Shown: piece by piece, positions 1 to 9,147 of the stretch
Position numbering within the stretch: the stretch's first letter is position 1
Layout: the number at the start of each line of letters is the position of its first letter
Assembly: GCA_963795085.1 (NCBI GenBank)
Contig: CAWCFX010000001.1
Location: forward strand, 1,312,001 to 1,376,000
Source of the DNA: an uncultured Gemmatimonadales bacterium
GTDB taxonomy: Bacteria > Gemmatimonadota > Gemmatimonadetes > Gemmatimonadales > GWC2-71-9
Direction of reading: 5' to 3'
Length of the DNA stretch: 64,000 nt
Translations under genes and position numbers: made by a program
The notes under the pieces: generated by a model
What the model was told of the DNA's origin: nothing
The model's input: only the letters and a program-made list of their open reading frames with translations
Database searches by the model: none

Positions 1-2338
1 TCTGGGGAGACTGGGAGTCGGCCGACACCCTGGGCAACCTGATCGAGAACGATCACCTCGACCTGCTCGACTACCTGACGGCCAAGGCGCGGGAGCGGGG
101 GATCTACATGCTCTTCAGCCCGATCCAGCTCTACAACGCCAAATGGCCCGACGCGCTGAGCGACACGACCTCGCCCGGCTTCGGCCGGCGCTACAGCCGC
201 GAGACGATGGGGACCGACCCCGCCGCCATCGCCGCGCAGGAGAACTACCTCCGGCAGATCCTCCACCACGTGAATCCCTATACCGGCGTCGCCTATAAGG
301 ACGAGCCCGGGATCGCCTTCATCGAGCTGGTCAACGAGCCGGTGCACCACCCGGAGGACCTCGAGGGGTCGGTGCGCTACATCAACCGGCTGATCGACGC
401 GGTGCGGAGCACCGGGACCCGGAAGCCGATCTTCTACAACGTGAGCCAGGATTTCCGGATCAGCGAGGCGATCGCCCGGTCGAAGCTCGATGGCATCGCG
501 TTCGGCTGGTACCCGACCGGGCTCAACTCCGGGGCGGAACTCCGGGGCAACTACCTTCGGGGGACGGACGACTTCCCGGACATGCGGCGGCCGGAACTGG
601 CCCGGTTCCCCCGGATCGTGTACGAGTTCGATGCCCCGGACCTCACCGAAGCGACCATGTATCCCGCGATGGCCCGGACTTTCCGGGTGGTAGGGACCCA
701 GTTCGCCGCCATGTTCGCCTACGACATGCTGCGAACCGCTTCCCGCAACCTCGGCTGGCAGACCCACTACCTGAACCTGGTCTATACGCCTCGCAAGGCG
801 ATGAGCACCATCATCGCCGCCGAGGCGATGCGCCGGTTGCCGCGGGGCCGGTCGTGGGGCACCTATCCCGGTAATCTCCGGTTCGGCGACTTCCGGATTT
901 CCCCCGACAGCAACCTCTCCGAGCTGGTGGCGGCCGACGCGTTTCTGCATGCCGGCTCGACCGGCTCGGTGCCGCCCGACCCCGGCCCGTCTCAGCCGGG
1001 TCGCGGGATACGGCTCGTCGCCGGTGGTCCGGTATGAGGGGGAGGGAACCTGGTTCCTGGACCGGATCCGGGAGGGCCTCTGGCGGCTCGAGGTCTATCC
1101 GGACGCGGTGCCGGTGCGCGACCCGTTCGAGTTGCAGAGCGCCGACAAGATCGTCACCCGGGCTATCTACCGTTCCTGGCCCATGACCGTGACGCTGCCG
1201 GGGCTGGGTGGAACCTTCCAGGTGCAGCCGCTGGCGGCTGGAAACCCGTCATCCACCCGTGCGGCTGCCGGCACCTTCATGGTGCGGCCGGGGGTGTACC
1301 TGCTCAGCGCCACCGGTCCCGTCGATGCCGCCAGCCTGCCGAAATTCGTGGCCGGGGTCGGCCTCGCCGAGTTTCATCATCCGGGCGCCGACTCAATGGC
1401 GCCGGTTGTCACTGCACTGGGGGGGCCGGAACATGAGGCGGGGCGGGATCTCTCGCTCTCCGCCCGGGTGGTGGGGGAGTCGCCGCCCGATTCCGTCACC
1501 CTGTTCATCCGGCGTACGGCCGGGGACTGGTACCGCGGACACCGCATGGCTCCTTCCGCGGCCTACCAGTGGACTGCGACCGTGCCCGGCGATCAACTCA
1601 CAGATGGCTGGTACGAGTATGTCATCACGACGTATCATCGCGGGTCGGCCGTTACGTACCCTGAGGCGCTCCCGCTGCAGCCCTGGGACTGGAACTACTA
1701 CGGCCGGGAATCCTGGCCGCTCAGCGTGGCCACGGCGGGCACTCCGATCCAGGTCTTCAGCCCGTCGCGTGACGCCAGCCGCCTCGCGTTCACCCGGATC
1801 GGCGATGCCGGCCGCCGCGGTCTCTTTCGGATCGGGCTGTCGGCGGCGACCGGCCGGCCGGTATTTCGTCTTGAACTGCCGGTGGGCCGCGACAGCGTGC
1901 CGGTCCCGGACTACACCGCCTCCCTGGTCATTCTCGACCGGGTGAGGAGCCGCGGGGCCACGGTCCGGACCTTCGACGCCCTCCGGGTCCGCGCGAGGGC
2001 CATCGGTGCAGGCCAGCGACTGCATCTCACCCTCATGGAAGACGACGGCACCAGCTGGACGACCGCGGTCACGCTGGATTCCACCTGGACCGAACACACC
2101 ATTCCGCTGACCCGTTTTTCGGTCGGGCGCGGCGTACTGCTGCCCCAGGGATTTCCGGGGGAATGGAACTACTGGGTCGGGACCGGCGGACGGGCGGGGC
2201 GGGGCGGGGGACCGTCTCCGGCTGGACCAACTGGAACGCCTGCAGCTCTCCCTGCGGGAAGCCGGCGGGAGGAAGGTCGAGCCAGGAAGCTACGGGGTGG
2301 AAATCGAGAGCGTCCTGCTGGTCACGGGCGAGGAGTGA
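1..2338 (+). CDS. GH5-like (clan GH-A) glycoside hydrolase with C-terminal Ig-like and CBM-like domains; 5'-partial, two apparent +1 frameshifts
   Basis: Frame open from nt 3 (WGDWESADTLGNL...). Acid/base motif ELVNEP and nucleophile-like VYEFD. Removing one C at about 980-983 joins ORF 108..1037 to ORF 949..2598. Removing one G at 2179-2181 gives ...WVGPADGRGGAGDRLRLDQLERLQLSLR...VTGEE* ending at TGA 2336-2338. Confidence 0.75.
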
Positions 2339-2473
2339 TCAGTCCGTGCGGCCGCCCAACTTGGAAGGGCGTGATATCGGCGTGGGCGGATGGTTTCGAG
2401 GCGCTATACCGCAAAGGGCGGGCCTCTCCGCGCCGCTTTCAGTCGCCTGCCTTCTCTGCGTTAAGGTCGCGGA

Positions 2474-2695
2474 TGGGTGACGGTCTCCTGGATGTGAGCG
2501 TGCCTTGCCACGAACGCACGAAACACCTACGAAACGGAAAATCAGATCAACGACCCTTGCGGCCCATCGGGCCGACAGGCTTCGTTTCAAGATTGTGACT
2601 GTTTCCTGTTTTGTTGTTGTGGTGTTTGGCTTGTTCGTGACAAAGGCAGGGTCGGCCTCGGAACCGTGAAGGAAGCCAGGCTGCAGCCCGCCCAC
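2474..2695 (+). ncRNA. Putative structured rod-like ncRNA (6S-like candidate)
   Basis: Nested stems: TGGGTG 2474-79/CGCCCA 2689-94, ACGGT 2480-84/ACCGT 2663-67, TGCCTT 2501-06/AAGGCA 2643-48, CACGAAC 2509-15/GTTCGTG 2633-39, AAACACC 2521-27/GGTGTTT 2621-27, GGAAA 2536-40/TTTCC 2602-06, AACGA 2549-53/TCGTT 2582-86, CGGCCC-ATC-GGGCCG 2560-74. G-U pairs favour the + strand. Lies between convergent genes. Confidence 0.55.
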
Positions 2696-2714
2696 TTCGA
2701 AGCCCCGATGACCC

Positions 2715-3959
2715 TTACCGATCGTTCTTCAGGAACCCGATCCGGGGCCGTTCCCGCTGCAGGGTTTCCGCATCGAGGGTGATATCCTCGGCCTGGAGCT
2801 CGGTCAGTTCGGCGATCTCCATCCGTCCGTCGGCGGCGGCCCGCGACGCCATCCGGGCGTAGGCCTGCTCGAACAACGACCGGGCAAAACGGGCGTTGCC
2901 GAAGTTGGGCCGCCGGGTCACCTCGGCAAAGACGCCGGCCGCCTTGTCGAGGGCTTCGGCGGTGAGGGCGAGTCCGGCTGTTTCAGTGAAGCGCTGGAAG
3001 ATGCGCAGGAGTTCCGCGGCCGAATAGTCGGGGAAGTCGATATAGGTGCGAAAGCGGCTTCGGAGGCCCGGGTTGGACCCGATAAAATCGGCCATCTCGT
3101 CGGCGTATCCTGCCACGACCAGGGCCAGCTCGCTCCGATGGTCCTCCATGGCCTTGACGAGGGTTGCGATCGCCTCGTTGCCGAAATCCACGTTTCCCGA
3201 CGGAGCCAGGGCGTAGGCTTCGTCGATGAACAGCACGCCGGGCCTGGTGCGGTTGATCAGTTCGGTGGTCTTGATGGCGGTCTGCCCCACGTAGCCGGCC
3301 ACCAGGTCGGCGCGGGTGGCCTCGATGAAGCCGGTCCCTGGCAATGCCCCGACGGCGCCGTAGAGCCGTGCGACCAGCCGGGCCACCGTGGTCTTGCCGG
3401 TCCCGGGCGGCCCCGTGAAGACCAGGTGGAGGCTGGGATTGACCACCGCAAGCCCCGCTTTCTCCCGGTGCATATTGGCCTCGACCACGGCGATCACGCT
3501 TCTGACCTGGGCCTTGACCGGTCCCAGGCCCACCAGGCCATCGAGCTCGGCCATGATATCCGCCGGATCTTCGGCGGCCGTCCGCGTGGCTTCCACCGGT
3601 TGCGCCGCGGCGGCCGGCTGGGCTTCCGCCCCCGACAGGCGGACCGGGCCGCTGCCGTCCGCGCGGGTCCCTGAATCCGGGCTGGGCCGCAGGGCACTGA
3701 GGGCCGCGGTCACCGCGTCGAGTTCGGTGCTGATCGAAGCGAGCAGGACGGTGGCCGCCTCGGTCATGGCGGGCGGGGTATGCGATCGCCCCGGCGGTTC
3801 CAGGGCGGCCCGGGCCCGGTCGAGCAGGGGCCCCAGCTCGCCGTGGTTGCGGAATCGCCGGGCGATCGCGAACACCACGTGCCGCGCTTCGACCGTGTCA
3901 TGCCCAGAGGCCTTGGCGGTCGAAACGGCGGCATCCTGGAGCTGGGATCGGAGCATCAT
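2715..3959 (-). CDS. AAA+ ATPase of the CbbX/SpoVK/EccA family with a Clp-N-like N-terminal segment
   Basis: Walker A GPPGTGKT, Walker B VLFIDEAY, NPGLRSRF, NFGNARFARSLFE, C-terminal RIGF. N-terminus AKASGHDTVEARHVVFAI resembles a Clp_N repeat. Confidence 0.85.
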   Translation of the reverse strand: MMLRSQLQDAAVSTAKASGHDTVEARHVVFAIARRFRNHGELGPLLDRARAALEPPGRSHTPPAMTEAATVLLASISTELDAVTAALSALRPSPDSGTRADGSGPVRLSGAEAQPAAAAQPVEATRTAAEDPADIMAELDGLVGLGPVKAQVRSVIAVVEANMHREKAGLAVVNPSLHLVFTGPPGTGKTTVARLVARLYGAVGALPGTGFIEATRADLVAGYVGQTAIKTTELINRTRPGVLFIDEAYALAPSGNVDFGNEAIATLVKAMEDHRSELALVVAGYADEMADFIGSNPGLRSRFRTYIDFPDYSAAELLRIFQRFTETAGLALTAEALDKAAGVFAEVTRRPNFGNARFARSLFEQAYARMASRAAADGRMEIAELTELQAEDITLDAETLQRERPRIGFLKNDR

Positions 3960-3968
3960 GTTCCTCGC

Positions 3969-4427
3969 TTACGGATCGATCCAGCGCTTGCCGCCGAACT
4001 TCTGCTGCAGGGTGTCATCCAGTTCGTCGGCGGCGCCCAGCACCCCGTACATCGCGGCCCGCAGTTCCTCTTCGTCGAGGTAGTCGCCCAGCAGGGTGTG
4101 GACCATCGAGATCGTCAGCATGCCGGCATTGTTCTGGTCATCGGCCACGATAATGCTGGCAAACCACTTCTGGGGCGCGGTCCGGACCAGGTACTCGTAC
4201 AGCGCAGGTGTCGGCGTCACACCGTAGAGGACGGGGGCCGAGATCCGGACCAGTGTCTGCGGCTCGCCATCCTTGTTTTTGCCCCAGTCCACAACCCGCA
4301 GGTGGGCCGCTGTACTCGAATCGGTGAAGGTCACCCGGATGAAGTCGCCCATCAGCTGGATCTGCAGGTTCATGGGGCCGGTCAGCAGCCGTTGCACCTT
4401 GATCATCGTCTGGTCAACGTTGGCCAT
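3969..4427 (-). CDS. CesT/YbjN-like (T3SS-chaperone fold) protein
   Basis: 152 aa with LVRISAPVLYGV, HTLLGDYLDEEEL and ADELDDTLQQKFGG, typical of YbjN/TY-Chap proteins. Ends 9 bp before the AAA gene starts. Confidence 0.7.
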   Translation of the reverse strand: MANVDQTMIKVQRLLTGPMNLQIQLMGDFIRVTFTDSSTAAHLRVVDWGKNKDGEPQTLVRISAPVLYGVTPTPALYEYLVRTAPQKWFASIIVADDQNNAGMLTISMVHTLLGDYLDEEELRAAMYGVLGAADELDDTLQQKFGGKRWIDP

Positions 4428-4487
4428 GTCAGGATCTCGGGTGTGGAGGAAAGGAATCAGAAAGGATGGTTCCAGGTGCCATGAGCA

Positions 4488-4859
4488 CTACCGGACTCGC
4501 ACGGTGCTGTTGAAGATCTGCGGCGCGACGACGATGTCGACCAGGGCGCCGGGCGAAACCAGGACCTGGCCGGATCGGAATGGCTGCCCGTTCGAGGCGG
4601 GTTGCGCCTCGAACTCGATCGCCCCGCCGCCCACCAGGTTGGGGGGGAGCCGGAAGTCCGCCGACATGCCGGGATGCACGGTGCCCAGCCGCTGCCGGAT
4701 GCCGGAGCCGGAGGCAAAAATCTCGACCGGGAGCGCATAGTTGTTGGTGGTCCGCACCTCGACCGCGCTCAGGGGGGGCAGGGTATCCGTTCCGCCGGTG
4801 CGCGAACAGGCGGCAGCGGCCGCCAGGAGAAGCGTAAGGACCAGGGCCGCGCGACGCAT
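4488..4859 (-). CDS. Hypothetical lipoprotein
   Basis: Signal peptide with lipobox AAAAC, followed by a small beta-rich domain; RBS GGAGG upstream. Confidence 0.7.
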   Translation of the reverse strand: MRRAALVLTLLLAAAAACSRTGGTDTLPPLSAVEVRTTNNYALPVEIFASGSGIRQRLGTVHPGMSADFRLPPNLVGGGAIEFEAQPASNGQPFRSGQVLVSPGALVDIVVAPQIFNSTVRVR

Positions 4860-4904
4860 TCGGGGCGCCTCCAGGGTGAGGGATGCCGGGCGAGAGGACG
4901 TGCG

Positions 4905-5117
4905 TTATGGCGTGGTTCGGCTCCGCCCCCGGGCCCGGAGAGCCAGCAGCAGCATGATCAGGCCGAAGGCCAGCAACACCAGGCCCCACCAGAGATTCAC
5001 GTTGTACCCCAGGGAACGGGCATAGATCGCCGTGTCCGAGACCAGGCCGAAGACAGTCAGCATGGCGCCGAAAATCAGGAACATCAGCCCCATGGGGAGC
5101 CGCAAGTCGAGGTTCAT
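4905..5117 (-). CDS. Small two-TM membrane protein associated with SSS transporter
   Basis: 70 aa, DLRLPMG and NVNLWWG motifs, two hydrophobic helices, directly downstream of the symporter. Confidence 0.75.
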   Translation of the reverse strand: MNLDLRLPMGLMFLIFGAMLTVFGLVSDTAIYARSLGYNVNLWWGLVLLAFGLIMLLLALRARGRSRTTP

Positions 5118-5122
5118 CGCGG

Positions 5123-6832
5123 TTACCAGAAAATAATGTTGAGGACCAGCGTCGCGCCGAGGACGATCACCCCCAGGGCGGCCGGCCGACGGTACCAGGC
5201 CAGGTGGTGGTCCACCTCCCGCGGGGTGAGCGCATAGACCAGTCCACGGAGGTCATCGTCCGTCTTCCGGTCGCGGGTCACGAACGAGATCACGATCGTG
5301 GCGACGAAGCAGGTGGTCCAGGCGACGATGGCGGTCCAGAAGTTCTGAGCCATTTCGCTCGGGTAGGTGTGCATCACGGTGCCAAAAAAGCCGCCCTTGA
5401 TGCCGGGCGCCGAGTTGAGCGGCAGCGAAATGCCGTGGTGGATGGCCGCCGAGAGGGTGCCCAGGACCAGGCCGAAGAAGGCGCCATGGCCGGTGGCCCG
5501 GCGCCAGAACATGCCCAGCAGGAAGGTCGCGAACAGCGGCGCATTGACGAAAGCGAACACCAGCTGCAGCATGTCCATGATGTTGTTGAACTTGGTCGTG
5601 GCATACGCGGCGGCGATGCTCAGCAGGATGCCAAAGACGGTGGCAAAGTGCCCCATCCACAGGTAGTGGCGGTCGGTCTGTCCCGGCTTGATGTACGACT
5701 GGTAGATATCGTAGGTCCACACCGTGTTGAACGCGGTCACGTTCCCCGCCATGCCGGACATGAACGAGGCCATCAGGGCGGTGAGCCCGAGGCCCAGGAG
5801 GCCGGTGGGCAGGTAGTGCGCCAGCATTACCGGGATGGCCAGGTTGTACTCGGGGTTGCCATCGGCGCCGATCGGCAGGAAGCCGCCGCTGCTGGAGTGG
5901 AGCGCGATGGCGATCATGCCCGGGAGGATCACCAGGGCGGGAAACAGCATCTTGGGGAACGCCGCCACCAGCGGGGTCCGCCGGGCGGCGTTCATGGACT
6001 CGGCGGCCATGGCCCGCTGCACCACCAGGAAGTCGGTGCACCAGTAGCCGAAGGAAAGCACGAACCCGAGGCCCATGGCCATGCCGAACCACTCGACGCC
6101 CATGGGATTGGCCGCCGCGGACCCGAGGTGCTGCCAGGATTCGGTCCACGCCCCCGGGGCATAGCCGGCATCGGTCGCGACCGGGACCAGCTTTTCCTTG
6201 AGGCCGGACCAGCCGCCCACGTCCTTGAGGCCAAGCAGCACGAGGGGCAGAAAGCCCAGGACGATGAGGAAAAACTGGAGGACCTCGTTATAGATGGCCG
6301 AGGTAAGGCCCCCGAGGAAAATGTACACCAGCACGATGACCGCCGAGACCACGACGCTGGCGTGGAAGTTCCACCCCAGGATCAGTTCCAGCAGCTTGGC
6401 CAGCGCGTACATCGAGATGCCGGACGAAAAGACGGTCATCGCCGCGAAGGTGATGGCGTTGAAACCGCGGGTCTTCTCATCGAACCGGAGCCGGAGGTAC
6501 TCGGGAACCGAGCGGGCCCGGGATCCGTAATAGAACGGCATCATGAACACGCCCACGAAAACCATGGCCGGGATGGCGCCCACCCAGTAGAAATGGCTGG
6601 TCATGATCCCGTACTTGGCGCCCGATGCCGCCATGCCGATGACTTCCTGGGCGCCCAGGTTGGCCGAGAGAAACGCAAGGCCGGCAATCCAGGTGGGGAT
6701 CGACCGGCCGGAGAGGAAGAAATCGTCGCTGCTCTTGACGTAGCGGCGCAGGACCACGCCGATACCCAGCACAAAAGCGAAGTACACGATCAGAATGGCG
6801 TAGTCTATCGCGCCCAGCTGGATCTGATGCAC
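5123..6832 (-). CDS. Sodium:solute symporter (SSS family), probably for a sugar
   Basis: DFFLSGRS, SVPEYLRLRF, YWCTDFLVVQRAMAA; many TM helices. Confidence 0.92.
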   Translation of the reverse strand: MHQIQLGAIDYAILIVYFAFVLGIGVVLRRYVKSSDDFFLSGRSIPTWIAGLAFLSANLGAQEVIGMAASGAKYGIMTSHFYWVGAIPAMVFVGVFMMPFYYGSRARSVPEYLRLRFDEKTRGFNAITFAAMTVFSSGISMYALAKLLELILGWNFHASVVVSAVIVLVYIFLGGLTSAIYNEVLQFFLIVLGFLPLVLLGLKDVGGWSGLKEKLVPVATDAGYAPGAWTESWQHLGSAAANPMGVEWFGMAMGLGFVLSFGYWCTDFLVVQRAMAAESMNAARRTPLVAAFPKMLFPALVILPGMIAIALHSSSGGFLPIGADGNPEYNLAIPVMLAHYLPTGLLGLGLTALMASFMSGMAGNVTAFNTVWTYDIYQSYIKPGQTDRHYLWMGHFATVFGILLSIAAAYATTKFNNIMDMLQLVFAFVNAPLFATFLLGMFWRRATGHGAFFGLVLGTLSAAIHHGISLPLNSAPGIKGGFFGTVMHTYPSEMAQNFWTAIVAWTTCFVATIVISFVTRDRKTDDDLRGLVYALTPREVDHHLAWYRRPAALGVIVLGATLVLNIIFW

Positions 6833-7053
6833 GGTGGGTGAATCCTGGAGAATGGTCGGGTTGGCGGACCTTCAGGCACCGGGAGAGTCGAGTCGGAACC
6901 CCGCCGCGGCGTAGAGGATATATGGTATCGAAGGGCCTGGGGCAAGGGTCTGCTGGCGGAAGTTCCCTGGGGGGCGTAAGTTTTTGTCGGTGGAGCCACC
7001 GGCATCCCCCCCGCCGGCAACTCGCATTCCGTATCCCACTATCTGGAACATCC

Positions 7054-9102
7054 ATGAGCCGTCCTGCCGGTTTTGCCCTGTCCCTGCTGGCCAGCGTCCT
7101 GCTGCTCTCTCCCCGCTCCCTGGCCGGCCAGGTCGAGATATCTTCGCCGGATGCCCGGACCCGGTTCACGATTCTGAGCCAGGAGGGGCGCCTCGTCTGG
7201 TCCCTGGAACGGGACGGCAGGTCCCTGGTCCTGCCCTCGGGACTGGGTTTCGAGTTTCGGGGCGCCGCCCCCCTCCGGGACGGCCTCAGGATCGTGGATT
7301 CCACCCGCTCCTCCCGGGATGAGTGGTGGACCCAGCCCTGGGGGGAGGTGACCCGGGTGCATGATCACCACAACGAGCTGGCGGTCACGGTCCAGGAGAC
7401 GGCTCCGCAGGGACGCCGGTTCATTTTCCGGGTCCGTGCCTTCGACGATGGGATCGGATTTCGATATGAGTTCCCCGAACAGCCGGGGATGTCGGCCTTC
7501 GAGATCATGGAAGAGTTGACCGAGTTCCACCTGGCCGACAACGGCCGGGCGTGGTGGATCCCCTCCAACTGGCCTCGCAAGGACCGCTCCGAGATGCTCT
7601 ACTCCTCGGGGCCGGCAAGCCTTCTCGACAGCGTCCAGACGCCGCTCACGATCGAGTCCCAGGATGGCCGGACCTTCATGGTCATCCACGAGGCGAACCT
7701 GGTGGATTATGCCCGGATGTTCCTGGCCGGGACGCGGACCGAAAGCCGGCAATTGCGCGCCGCCCTGGCCCCGATGGCCGATGGCCTCAAGGTCCGGGGC
7801 CGGACCCCGTTCGAGACCCCCTGGCGGACCATCCAGCTGGCCGACCGGGCGACCGACCTGTCGCCATCCGTCCTGGGGCTCAACCTGAACCCGCCCAGCC
7901 GGATCGATTCTACCAAGTGGATCACCCCCATGAAGTACGTGGGGATCTGGTGGGGCATGCATATCAACACGATGACCTGGGGGTCCGGTCCCAAGCATGG
8001 AGCCACCACCGCGAATACCCGGCGGTATATCGATTTTGCCGCCGCGAACGGGCTGGGCGGGGTGCTGGTCGAGGGGTGGAATACCGGCTGGGACGGGGAC
8101 TGGATCGCCAACCGGGAGGCGTTTTCCTTCACCCAGGCGTATCCCGATTACGACCTCGCCGGCCTGGCCCGCTACGCAAAAGAGAAGGGCGTCAGGCTGA
8201 TCGTGCACAACGAGACCTCGGGCGGGGTCCAGAACTACGAGCGCCAGATGGACAGTGCCTTTGCGCTCTACCAGTCGCTGGGCCTCGACGCCATCAAGTC
8301 CGGCTACGTCACCGACCTGACCACCGAAGGGCACTCCCACTACTCCCAGTTCATGGTGCAGCACTACCGCCGGGTCATCGAGACGGCTGCCCGGCACGGC
8401 ATCATGCTGGACGTGCACGAGCCGATGCACGATACCGGCGAGCGGCGGACCTGGCCCAACATGATGACCCGGGAGGGTTCCCGGGGGATGGAGTACAACG
8501 CCTGGAGCGGGGACGGCGGCAATCCGCCGGAGCACGAATCCATCCTTTTCTTTACCCGGCTGCTGGCCGGCCCGATGGACTTCACCCCCGGCGTGTTTGA
8601 CCTGTTGATCGAGCGGGGCACCGGCCGCCCGCGCCGCCCCGATGAGCCGCGAATCCGGACCACCCTCGCCAAGCAGCTGGCCCTGTACGTCGTCCTCTAC
8701 TCGCCGCTCCAGATGGCGGCCGACCTGCCCGAGAACTACGAAGACCAGCCCGCCTTTCAGTTCATCCGGGACGTGGCCGTGGACTGGGACACCACCCGCG
8801 TCCTCGAGGGCAGAATCGGCGATTACGTCGTGGTCGCCCGCCGCGAAAAGGGCCGGGACCAGTGGTTCCTGGGCGCCATCACCGACGAGGCCGCCCGGAG
8901 TTTCACCGTGCCACTTTCCTTCCTCACGCCCGGCCGGCGGTATGTCGCCGAAATCTACGCCGACGGACCCCGGGCCCACTGGCTGGACAACCCGCTACCG
9001 GTCGCCATTTCCAGCCGCCCGGTGACGTCCGCGACGCGGCTCCGGATCGCGATGGCGCCGGGCGGCGGGCAGGCCATTCGCATCCGCCCGGCGGCCCGGT
9101 AG
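7054..9102 (+). CDS. Glycoside hydrolase family 97 (SusB-like alpha-glucosidase)
   Basis: KYVGIWWGMH, VLVEGWNTGW, IVHNET, LAGPMDFTPG, LYSPLQMAADLPENY. Start placed at ATG 7054, which gives a signal peptide. Confidence 0.92.
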   Translation: MSRPAGFALSLLASVLLLSPRSLAGQVEISSPDARTRFTILSQEGRLVWSLERDGRSLVLPSGLGFEFRGAAPLRDGLRIVDSTRSSRDEWWTQPWGEVTRVHDHHNELAVTVQETAPQGRRFIFRVRAFDDGIGFRYEFPEQPGMSAFEIMEELTEFHLADNGRAWWIPSNWPRKDRSEMLYSSGPASLLDSVQTPLTIESQDGRTFMVIHEANLVDYARMFLAGTRTESRQLRAALAPMADGLKVRGRTPFETPWRTIQLADRATDLSPSVLGLNLNPPSRIDSTKWITPMKYVGIWWGMHINTMTWGSGPKHGATTANTRRYIDFAAANGLGGVLVEGWNTGWDGDWIANREAFSFTQAYPDYDLAGLARYAKEKGVRLIVHNETSGGVQNYERQMDSAFALYQSLGLDAIKSGYVTDLTTEGHSHYSQFMVQHYRRVIETAARHGIMLDVHEPMHDTGERRTWPNMMTREGSRGMEYNAWSGDGGNPPEHESILFFTRLLAGPMDFTPGVFDLLIERGTGRPRRPDEPRIRTTLAKQLALYVVLYSPLQMAADLPENYEDQPAFQFIRDVAVDWDTTRVLEGRIGDYVVVARREKGRDQWFLGAITDEAARSFTVPLSFLTPGRRYVAEIYADGPRAHWLDNPLPVAISSRPVTSATRLRIAMAPGGGQAIRIRPAAR

Positions 9103-9147
9103 CCCAGGCTCCCCCCACGACTCCCACGCAGAGGTCCTGACACGCCT

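Noticed and set aside
2339..2598. C-terminal tail of ORF 949..2598 and ORF 2339..2695
   Set aside because: Products of the frameshift at about 2180 or of non-coding DNA; the repaired gene ends at 2338.
2380..2710. tmRNA, SRP RNA or retron msr-msd
   Set aside because: No tRNA-like 3' end or tag reading frame. CCGTGAAGGAAGC only loosely resembles SRP helix 8. No reverse transcriptase is in the window.
6838..7053. 72-codon N-terminal extension of GH97
   Set aside because: It covers the divergent promoter region; ATG 7054 gives a normal signal peptide.
5204..8979. Long antisense ORFs (5204..6841 +, 7039..8979 -) and similar ones elsewhere
   Set aside because: Shadow frames of real genes in high-GC DNA; no recognisable motifs.
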